Source: an uncultured Planctomycetota bacterium
Lineage (GTDB): Bacteria; Planctomycetota; PLA2; JAEUHO01
Assembly (NCBI GenBank): GCA_963752285.1
Contig: CAVVXN010000005.1
Location: 1,248,001 to 1,312,000, forward strand
Length of the DNA: 64,000 bases
Direction: 5' to 3'
Below, one piece after another: positions 55,119-64,000 of the stretch; within the stretch, counting starts at the first letter, position 1, and every line of letters begins with the position of its first letter. The position numbers and the translations under genes were made by a program. The notes below the pieces were generated by a model. That model worked only from the letters and a program-made list of their open reading frames with translations. It did no database searches and was not told where the DNA came from.

Positions 55119-56639
55119 TCAGTGGCTGGTGCTTCGCGCCGGCGCGCTCGCGCGGACCGGCTGCACGCGGCCCTTCGTGCCGTGCGGCTTCTCTTCCGCG
55201 CCCCCCTGCTTGCGCTTCACGGGGATCGACTCGCCCTGGTAGGCGAACACCACGTTCTCCGCGCCGATCTCCGAGAGGAGCACGTCTCCGTGCTCGTCGA
55301 GACGGTCGCCGATGTGCATGGGGCGCCCGTTCACGAGCGCGACGCTGCGCGACGGGTTCAAGGGGTTCACGATCGTGCCCGTCACGCGGAGCGGGATGCT
55401 GTGGAACTCGGAGAGGATCTTCGCGCGGGGCCGGAGCGCGGAGATCTGCTCCACGAGGTCGAGGGCGTCGGCCGAGACCTTGCGCCCCTCGAGGAACTGC
55501 TCCCACTGCCCCACCAGGTTCGCGACCTCCTGGTACTCGCCCTTCTCGAAGTGCTTCTGGACCTCGGACAGGGTGCTGGCCACGACGTCGCGGGGGATCG
55601 TCATCTCGCGCGGCGGACGGCGCCCGCGCAGCTCCTCGAGACGGTCCTTGACGGTCTGGACGCGCTGGGCGAGCTCCGGAATCGTGATGGCGCGGCGCTG
55701 GTCGAGCTGCGCGATCCGAGCCCTCAGCTCGTTGATCTGGTCGTCCACGTCACGCTGCAGGCGGTCGAGCCGGAACATGTCGCCCGTCTTGTCGAGGGCC
55801 TTCTCCTGCTCGACCTTCTCGTTGATGTCGTCGAGGAGGTGCTCGAGGTCGAGCACGATCGTCTCCTGGGCCCGCATCGCCTCCTGCAGGTCGCCCTCGT
55901 CGGCGGTCGGCCGGTGCCGGCGCGGGTCGATGAGCGGGTCCCGACGGCTCGCCGCCGGGCGGAGGACGTACGTCTCCGGACGCTCGGGCTGGAAGGCCGC
56001 GATCGCCTCCCGGATCTTCGGCTCCTGGAGCCGCGCCTCGGCGTTCGGGATGTGCACGCGGTCCGAGCCGTCGGACGACGGGTCGTAGAAGTACGTCTCG
56101 AGGGTCAGCTCGACGTCGTGCTGGATCGGCGCCGTGCTGTCGTTGTGCGCCTTCTCGCCCGCGTCGATCTTGAGCCCCTTCACGGAGATCAGGCGCGGGT
56201 CGTTCTCCATCATGTTGATGAACTTCAGGGTGGAGGACGCGTCCCCCTGGAACGAGATGGCGCTCCGGGTGACGTAGATGCCCTGCGCGAGACCGCTCTC
56301 CTGCGCCTGGCTCTCCGGCAGCTCCTGGAAGTGGAGGCCGGCCGTCGCCAGGAACGTGGAGAGGTTGCGGTGGAATCCCGCGATCTTCTGCCGGGTGGGC
56401 AGCACCGCGAGCTCCCGGTTCTCGACCGCGCGGTCCACGAGGACCACCTCCTCGCGCTCCCGGGTCCGGCGGATCTCGATGTCGGCCGCGCGGATGCGCT
56501 GGTCCAGGGAGGAGATCTCCTCCCGGACGCCGTCGATCTCCGTCCGGTCCTTCAGGATGAGCCCGAGGAGGCCCCCCGTGAGGAGGACGCTCGCACCGAT
56601 CGTGACGAACAGTCGCTGACGTTCGCTGAGCCTGGACAC
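55119..56639 (-). CDS. pilO: PilO-like protein fused to a coiled coil and a PilP/HR-like domain
   Basis: N-terminus: TM, coiled coil, LAVLPT, FQGD....KFINMMENDPRLISV (PilO). Then RRDPLIDP, a helical stretch, and LRVTGTIV...SVALVNG...IGDRL...LLSEIGAENVVF (PilP/GspC-HR-like). Confidence 0.75.
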   Translation of the reverse strand: MSRLSERQRLFVTIGASVLLTGGLLGLILKDRTEIDGVREEISSLDQRIRAADIEIRRTREREEVVLVDRAVENRELAVLPTRQKIAGFHRNLSTFLATAGLHFQELPESQAQESGLAQGIYVTRSAISFQGDASSTLKFINMMENDPRLISVKGLKIDAGEKAHNDSTAPIQHDVELTLETYFYDPSSDGSDRVHIPNAEARLQEPKIREAIAAFQPERPETYVLRPAASRRDPLIDPRRHRPTADEGDLQEAMRAQETIVLDLEHLLDDINEKVEQEKALDKTGDMFRLDRLQRDVDDQINELRARIAQLDQRRAITIPELAQRVQTVKDRLEELRGRRPPREMTIPRDVVASTLSEVQKHFEKGEYQEVANLVGQWEQFLEGRKVSADALDLVEQISALRPRAKILSEFHSIPLRVTGTIVNPLNPSRSVALVNGRPMHIGDRLDEHGDVLLSEIGAENVVFAYQGESIPVKRKQGGAEEKPHGTKGRVQPVRASAPARSTSH

Positions 56640-56652
56640 GGCGTCCTCCTTG

Positions 56653-57414
56653 CTACCGGCGGGCGCGCCCCGGCGCGTGCTTCGCCGCGCTCGGAGCGGA
56701 TGCGTTCTTGGGCTTCTCGGGCGGCTTCAACAGGAGCTCGTAGTGGAAGGCGCCGACCACCGGCGGGAGGAGGTCCTCGTCGCCACGCCCCCGATTCTCC
56801 ACCACCGCGATGTTGGGATTGTTGATCTGCAGGAAGTCGTCGTAGAAGTCGGTCCGCTCCCCGGTCGCGTCCGGGTCGCCGGTCAGCGCGCGGAAGAAGG
56901 CGCTGCTCAGGGCCAGGGCGTCGGACGAGTTGTCCATCGCGAGGAAGCCCTTGAAGCGGAACATCCCGCCGTTGGCGACCTCGCCGCGACGGACCGTCTT
57001 GTGGCCCTTCGCCGTGGGCGCCACCTGGGGCGGGACCTCGATCGAGTCGAGCCAGATCTGGAAGGCGTCCTCGGAGTTCTGGCTCGTGACGATGTCGAAG
57101 AACTGGTCGAGCTTGCGGGACCAGAGCGTGCGGGAGCGGTTGATCGTCTGGATCGCCGACCGGCGCTTCTCGTAGCCGTCGATCTCCTTCTGGAGCGCCA
57201 GGGACCGGTCACGCTGCGACTCCTTGCCGCGCGCCTCCTCGGTCTTGACGTTCTTGAGCTCCTTGACGTTGGAGAGCTCGATGAAGTGGGTGTAGGCGTA
57301 GGCACCGGAGGCGCTGGCGACCATGGCCACGCCGACGAGGATCGCCACCAGGCGCGCGACGGGCGTTCCCGTACGCGGGCGGTACTCCGGGGGGAGCAGG
57401 TTGATCTGGATCAT
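56653..57414 (-). CDS. pilN: Type IV pilus alignment protein PilN
   Basis: MIQINLLPPE hallmark, TM, coiled coil, WS..LD, IWLDSI. Confidence 0.88.
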   Translation of the reverse strand: MIQINLLPPEYRPRTGTPVARLVAILVGVAMVASASGAYAYTHFIELSNVKELKNVKTEEARGKESQRDRSLALQKEIDGYEKRRSAIQTINRSRTLWSRKLDQFFDIVTSQNSEDAFQIWLDSIEVPPQVAPTAKGHKTVRRGEVANGGMFRFKGFLAMDNSSDALALSSAFFRALTGDPDATGERTDFYDDFLQINNPNIAVVENRGRGDEDLLPPVVGAFHYELLLKPPEKPKNASAPSAAKHAPGRARR

Positions 57415-57417
57415 GGC

Positions 57418-58449
57418 TCAGACGTTCCTCCGCACGCGCGACGCGAGGCCGACGGCCACCGCGAGCTCGCTCACGTGCTCCTTCAGCGCGTCCACCTCGA
57501 CGGTGCCGGCCGCGATGGGGAGGTCCCCCGTGGGGTCCCAGGTCATCGTCGGGCGGTCGAACGTCCGCGCGAGGTCGTCCTCGAGGCCGACGAGGCGCGC
57601 TCCGCCCCCGGAGAGCAGGACCTCGTCGATGCCGAGGTCGAACTGGTTCTCGAAGTACTCGAACGAGAGACGGATCTCGGCGGCGAGGTCGTCGACCGCG
57701 GGCGTGACCGCGGCGCGCACGCGCTCCACCTCCTGGCCGGGACGGAGCTTCAGGGCCTCGGCCTCGGCCTGCTTCAGGCCGAGACGGTTGCCGATCGCCG
57801 TCGTGAACGCGTCGCCGCCGGCGTGGATCTCGCGGGTGAAGAGCGAGGTCCCCGTGCGGACGAGGTTCACGCAGGTCTTCGAGGCGCCGACGTCCACCAG
57901 CGCCGAGACCCGGCTCCCTCCTTCCGGGCCCCGGCGCACGGAGGTCTCGAAGGCGTTGCCGAGCGCGAAGACGTCCACGTCCACGATCTCGGGGTGCAGA
58001 CCCGCGGCGGCCAGGATGCGGAGCTGCTCGTCGATGATGGCCCGTTTGCAGGCCACGAGGAGCACGCGCATCTCGTTCGGCGCGAGGTCGCCGACGCCCT
58101 CGGACTCGAAGGGCTGGCAGTCGAGCACGACCTCGTCCACGTCGAACGGGATGTACTTGTCCGCCTCGAAGCGGATGGCGTTGCGGAGGTCGTCCGCCCC
58201 CATCCGGTACATCGTGAGGTACCGGACGATGACCGCCTTGCCCGACACCGACGTCACGACGCGGCGCGAGTGGAAGTCGTTCTCTCTCAGGACCCGCTGG
58301 ATCGTCTCCGGTACGGCGTCGGGGCTGGGGAGCTCCGCGGTGCCGAAACCGGTGATGACCGGGCCGCCGTTCCAGGTGAGCTCGACGGCCTTGACGGCAC
58401 GGGTGCCGACGTCCAGACCGATGAGACTCCGGATCTTCCGGAAGAGCAT
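57418..58449 (-). CDS. pilM: Type IV pilus alignment protein PilM
   Basis: IGLDVGTRAVKAVEL, EADKYIPF, VLLVA, VDVDVFAL.N, LVDVGA, GGDAFT, EIRLSFEYF, LSGGGA, AVAVGLA.R. Confidence 0.95.
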   Translation of the reverse strand: MLFRKIRSLIGLDVGTRAVKAVELTWNGGPVITGFGTAELPSPDAVPETIQRVLRENDFHSRRVVTSVSGKAVIVRYLTMYRMGADDLRNAIRFEADKYIPFDVDEVVLDCQPFESEGVGDLAPNEMRVLLVACKRAIIDEQLRILAAAGLHPEIVDVDVFALGNAFETSVRRGPEGGSRVSALVDVGASKTCVNLVRTGTSLFTREIHAGGDAFTTAIGNRLGLKQAEAEALKLRPGQEVERVRAAVTPAVDDLAAEIRLSFEYFENQFDLGIDEVLLSGGGARLVGLEDDLARTFDRPTMTWDPTGDLPIAAGTVEVDALKEHVSELAVAVGLASRVRRNV

Positions 58450-58710
58450 GGTCGCCTCCCAGGGGAAGCCCTCGATCGGGCCTCGCGCCGGGACCTCTTT
58501 CGACCCGCGCCGCCGCCGCTCTTGAGCCCGTTCGTCTCCCGTGTCGGCCTTTCTCGACGCCGCGCGGTGCTCCCGGTCCACGCGACCGCCCGGACCGGCC
58601 ACGGGGCGGCCCCGACGGCCCCCGGGTGCGGTCCCCCTCGGACGGTCGGGCCCCCCGACCGGAGCCCCCGCCTCCGCCGGCGGCGGGCCGGGTCGCCGCC
58701 CCCCCGGTCC

Positions 58711-60438
<1,728 letters not shown>

Positions 60439-60537
60439 CGTCGCAAGATCGTACGGGCGGACGGCCTGCCGGTGGCGATCGGACCACCCGGGCCCCGTGG
60501 CCCCGGTCGGCCGGATGGACGGGCGGCCCGGCCCGAG

Positions 60538-60852
60538 CTACCGGATCCCGAACCGGTCCTGGAAGAGCAGTCGGATCGCCTCGACGGCGGCCTCGGCGTC
60601 CGGTCCCGACGCCTCGACGTCGAGCTTCGTCCCGCAGGGGGCGGCGAGGAACATCAGGTCCATGATGTTCTTCGCGTCGGCGCGGGTGCCGGGGGGGGTC
60701 GAGATCGTCACGGGGCTCTCCACGAGCACGAGGGCGATCTCGGACTGGTACTCGCGCGCCTTCTGGGCGACGAGAGAGGCGGGGCGGGCGTGGAGGCCCT
60801 TCTCGTGGATGACCTCGATCCGCGCGCGGACCACGTGGTTCGAGCCGGTCAT
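60538..60852 (-). CDS. ptsH: Phosphocarrier HPr/NPr
   Basis: GLHARPAS, ADAKNIMDLMFLAAPCG, ASGPDAEAAVEAI. Confidence 0.9.
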   Translation of the reverse strand: MTGSNHVVRARIEVIHEKGLHARPASLVAQKAREYQSEIALVLVESPVTISTPPGTRADAKNIMDLMFLAAPCGTKLDVEASGPDAEAAVEAIRLLFQDRFGIR

Positions 60853-60931
60853 CCCCGCGCCTCCCCGTCCCGACGGGGAGCCGACCCGGGCCGCCGGGGG
60901 GCGCCGCGCCACGCCGGGGGCCGTCGCGGCC

Positions 60932-61432
60932 TCACGGGGCCAGCTCCTCCCAGGCGTCCTGGAGCGCCTCGCGGATCGCGCCGGGGGTCCGGCTCTGGCG
61001 AAGCACGCGCCGCCACTTCTCCTCGCGGTTGCCCGCCTTGGCCAGCGCCGCGATGCGCTTCGCGACCTCCAGGTACTCGACGTTGTCCGGCGAAGCGACG
61101 AGGAACACCGTGTACACGGGCCCGTTGTCGAGCGCCCGGAAGTCCACGCCGGAGGGCGACAGCCCGACGGCGATGACGGCGTGGTCGAGGAAGGCCACGT
61201 CCGCCACGCTCTTCGGGTGCGGGAGGGCGATGCCGTTGCCGACGCCCGTCGTGGCCGCGGCCTCGCGCTCGAGAACGGTCTCGAGGAGCAGGTCGCGCTC
61301 CGCCTTCGTGATCGACCCCGAAGCCACGAGGAGCCCCGCCAGCTCGGCGATCGCCTCTTCCCGGACGTCCTGTTTCAGGACCGGGCGGCAGTGTTCCTCG
61401 CGCACGTAGTCGATGATCTTGGTGACGGGCAT
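60932..61432 (-). CDS. ptsN: PTS EIIA (Ntr/Fru-type)
   Basis: VLEREAAATTGVGNGIALPH, GVDFRALDNGPV. Confidence 0.88.
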   Translation of the reverse strand: MPVTKIIDYVREEHCRPVLKQDVREEAIAELAGLLVASGSITKAERDLLLETVLEREAAATTGVGNGIALPHPKSVADVAFLDHAVIAVGLSPSGVDFRALDNGPVYTVFLVASPDNVEYLEVAKRIAALAKAGNREEKWRRVLRQSRTPGAIREALQDAWEELAP

Positions 61433-61470
61433 CGCGCTCCCTCGCGGCCGGTGGGTGGAATCCGGCGGGG

Positions 61471-61866
61471 TCACTCGCCCCGTCTCATTCGGTCGATCAC
61501 GTCCTCGTACGTCTCGGCGTTGTCGGGGGCGCCGGCCGCCTCGCCCGGGCTCGCCGCCGGGGGCCGCTCGCCCCGGTGGTGGTCCGTCAGGCGCTGCTTG
61601 AACCGCCTCAGCTGGCCCGCCAGCTTCTGCTCTGCCAGGTCGCACGCGGCGAACATGTCCGGCGCCTCCGCCTTTCCGACCAGTCGGACGCCCCGAGGGA
61701 CGTCGAACACGATCTCGACGCGGTGCGAGTCGTGCTCGACGTCCATCGTGACGCTCGCGGACGTGGCGCGATCGTAGTACCGGGAGAGCTTTTCGACCTT
61801 CTCTCGCGCGTAGGCCTTCATGGCCTCGGTCACGACGGAATCACGACCGGTGATGACGATCTTCAA
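61471..61866 (-). CDS. hpf: Ribosome hibernation promoting factor (HPF/RaiA)
   Basis: TTG start after GGAGG; KIVITGR, VTEAMKAYAREKVEKLSRY, DMFAACD....KL..QLRRFK. Confidence 0.92.
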   Translation of the reverse strand: MKIVITGRDSVVTEAMKAYAREKVEKLSRYYDRATSASVTMDVEHDSHRVEIVFDVPRGVRLVGKAEAPDMFAACDLAEQKLAGQLRRFKQRLTDHHRGERPPAASPGEAAGAPDNAETYEDVIDRMRRGE

Positions 61867-62747
61867 GGGGGACCTCCGGACGGACCGCTGAGGGCCGATT
61901 CTACGGCCGCTCCGAAACGAGGGGGTAGTCGGCCCACGGCGTCCTCGCCGGCGACGCCCACCGCCATCAGCGTGAGCCCGCGCGCGGGCGCGGTCGGGCC
62001 CGCCGCGGCCCGGTCCCGCGCGGCGAGGATCCCGGCCATCGCCGCGCGCGCCGCGGCGGGGCCGCCACCGCCGCGCGCCGCCGCGACCATCGTGCCGACG
62101 AGCGTGCGGATCATCTTGTAGAGGAAGCCGTCCCCCACGACGTCGAGCCGCAGGTGTTCCTCGTCGCGCGTCCAGGACACGACCCAGAGGGTACGCACGG
62201 TCGAGCGCCGGGGGGATCCCGCGCTCGCGAAGGACCGGTAGTCGTGCGTCCCTACGAGGGCGGACGCCGCCGCGTCGAGCGTGTCCGGGTCGAGGGGGAC
62301 GGGGACCCGCCAGGTCACACGGCGCTCGAGCGGGCGCCGACCCCGGGTGGTGAGGAGGACGTACCGGTACCACTTCCAGCGCGCGTCGCGCCGCGCGTGG
62401 AAGGACGGGGACGCGTCCGAGACGGACCGCACGCCGACGTCCGGCGGCAGCACGGCGTCGAGCGCACGCGCGATCCGGGCCGCCGGCAGGGCCGACGGGG
62501 TGCGGCACGAGGCCACCATGTGCCGCGCGTGGACGCCCGCGTCCGTCCGGCCCGCGCCGACCACGCGGTGCGGCGCGCCGAGGACGCGTTCGAGCGCGGC
62601 CTCGACCACCGCCTGGACCGTCCGCCCGCCCGCCTGCCGCTGCCACCCGAGGAGATCGGTCCCGTCGTACTCCAGGTCGATCCGGAGCCCCCGCGGGGCG
62701 TCCCCGGTCCCGACGTGCTCCCGCCGCGGGAGGGGATCCGAGCCCAC
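61863..62747 (-). CDS. truA: tRNA pseudouridine(38-40) synthase
   Basis: EYDGT...GWQRQ, GAGRTDAGVHA, FHAR, GTHDYRSF, GFLYKMIR.LVG, TAPARGL.L. Confidence 0.95.
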   Translation of the reverse strand: MGSDPLPRREHVGTGDAPRGLRIDLEYDGTDLLGWQRQAGGRTVQAVVEAALERVLGAPHRVVGAGRTDAGVHARHMVASCRTPSALPAARIARALDAVLPPDVGVRSVSDASPSFHARRDARWKWYRYVLLTTRGRRPLERRVTWRVPVPLDPDTLDAAASALVGTHDYRSFASAGSPRRSTVRTLWVVSWTRDEEHLRLDVVGDGFLYKMIRTLVGTMVAAARGGGGPAAARAAMAGILAARDRAAAGPTAPARGLTLMAVGVAGEDAVGRLPPRFGAAVESALSGPSGGPP

Positions 62748-62762
62748 CTCGGGGCGCCCGCG

Positions 62763-64000
62763 TCACGACCACACGCGGCGCTGGCGCGACGAGGGGATGC
62801 CGAGGGCCTTCCGGTACTTCGTCACCGTGCGGCGCGCGATGCTCAGGCCGAACCCCTTGTTCAACCGGTCCGCGACCTCGTCGTCCGACATCGGCGACGA
62901 CTTGTCCTCGCCCTCGATGATCGTGCGGACGCGTTCCTTCACGCTCTGGCGCGACTCGACGCCGCCGTCCTCGCTCTCCGTCCCGCCCGTGAAGAAGAAC
63001 TTGAGCGGTACGATGCCCTGCGGGGTCTGCGCGTACTTGTCGCTGATCGCGCGGCTCACGGTCGAGACGTGGATCCCGAGGGCGTCCGCGACCTCCTGCA
63101 TCTTGAGCGGCCTGAGATGGCTCACGCCGAAGTCGAGGTAGTCGCGCTGGCGGGCGACGATCTCGCGCGCGACGCGGTCGAGAGTGCTCTTCCGCTGTGC
63201 GATCGCCTCGATCAGCCACTTCGCGGAGTCGATCTTCTTCTTCAGGTACTCGCGGACCTTCGGGTCGCCGCGGGACTCGCGGAGCATGGAGCGCACGCGC
63301 GGGCTGATCCCGACGCGCGGGAGGTGGTCGTTCACGAGGTCCACCACGTACACGCCGTCGTCCCAGTCGACGATCACGTCGGGCGTGATGTACCGGACCG
63401 GCACCGAGGTGTAGGCCAGGCCGGGCCGCGTGCTGAGGGTGGCCATGCTCCGCAGGAGGTCGTACACGTCGGGGACCTCGAGATCGAGCGCCTTCGCCAC
63501 CTTCGGCAGCTTGTTCCGCGTGACGTCGTCCAGGTGGTCCCTCACGAGCGCGCGCTTGAGGTCGGCGTCGGGGTCGGTGGGCGAGATCTGGAGCAGGAGG
63601 CACTCCGCGACGTCGCGGGCCCCGACGCCGGCGGGGTCGAGCGTGTGGACGACCGCGAGCGCCTGCTCGGCCACCGCGAGGTCCACGGGCGCGTCCATGC
63701 CCTCGACGACCTCCGCCAGGGGGCACGGGAGGTACCCCGCCTCGTCCAGGTTGTAGACGACGGCCTCCGCGGCGCGCCGGACCTCGGGATCGAGGTCCAG
63801 CTCCTCGAGCTGGACGATCAGGTGCTCGGCGAGGCCCCCGCCGGCCGCGGGCGTGTTCTGCATCGCCTCGAGCTTGCGGTCGGCGGCCTCCTCCGCGGCC
63901 TGGCGGCTGCCGTAGCTCGAGGGCGCCCGCTGCGCGTCCGCCAACGCGTCGAGCCGGTCGAGGACCTTCTCCGCGTCGTCCTCGAACGACTCGTGCTCGC
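62763..64000 (-). CDS. rpoN: RNA polymerase sigma-54 factor (N-terminus lies beyond the window end)
   Basis: LDPAGVGAR...ECLLLQ, PDVIV, LRPLKMQEVA, HVSTVSRA, ARRTVTKYR (RpoN box); the frame stays open to the window edge. Confidence 0.97.
   Translation of the reverse strand, partial: EHESFEDDAEKVLDRLDALADAQRAPSSYGSRQAAEEAADRKLEAMQNTPAAGGGLAEHLIVQLEELDLDPEVRRAAEAVVYNLDEAGYLPCPLAEVVEGMDAPVDLAVAEQALAVVHTLDPAGVGARDVAECLLLQISPTDPDADLKRALVRDHLDDVTRNKLPKVAKALDLEVPDVYDLLRSMATLSTRPGLAYTSVPVRYITPDVIVDWDDGVYVVDLVNDHLPRVGISPRVRSMLRESRGDPKVREYLKKKIDSAKWLIEAIAQRKSTLDRVAREIVARQRDYLDFGVSHLRPLKMQEVADALGIHVSTVSRAISDKYAQTPQGIVPLKFFFTGGTESEDGGVESRQSVKERVRTIIEGEDKSSPMSDDEVADRLNKGFGLSIARRTVTKYRKALGIPSSRQRRVWS

Overview
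Very GC-rich bacterial chromosome segment with about 50 genes, mostly on the minus strand. I recognised no tRNA, rRNA, transposase, integrase or CRISPR array. Gene content suggests Planctomycetota (inference): EF-P with a PGNWR loop, a prenyltransferase-repeat protein, a DUF1573 plus c554-type cytochrome pair and several ECF sigma factors. From left to right: a truncated exported protein and murJ; a CHASE2 adenylate cyclase / SH3 / M48 peptidase module; a CNNM-CBS protein; a tandem pair of M14 carboxypeptidases, one intact and one apparently dead; DUF374; efp; an ECF sigma / FecR-like anti-sigma unit tied to a ~1820-aa GspK/PilX-like protein with repeated modules; a divergent ECF / ZAS anti-sigma / protease-dead HtrA-like unit; a frameshifted Pro-rich thioredoxin-fold lipoprotein; DUF1573; a tetraheme cytochrome; an RsbW/RsbU-like pair; a carbamoyltransferase facing an operon of 3 radical SAM, GT9 and TMTC-like genes that lies downstream of two paralogous Ig-like lipoproteins; coaX; a GspC-like PDZ protein; pilT coupled to rplU-rpmA-obgE; an Rne/Rng RNase; a pilM-pilN-(pilO/pilP fusion)-secretin operon; and rpoN-truA-hpf-ptsN-ptsH-ptsI. 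The best candidates for undescribed systems are (1) the ECF-linked giant pseudopilin with a dispersed atypical type IV filament machinery and (2) a possible surface-protein glycosylation and glycan-tailoring locus. All family calls come from motif recognition by eye; no database searches were run.
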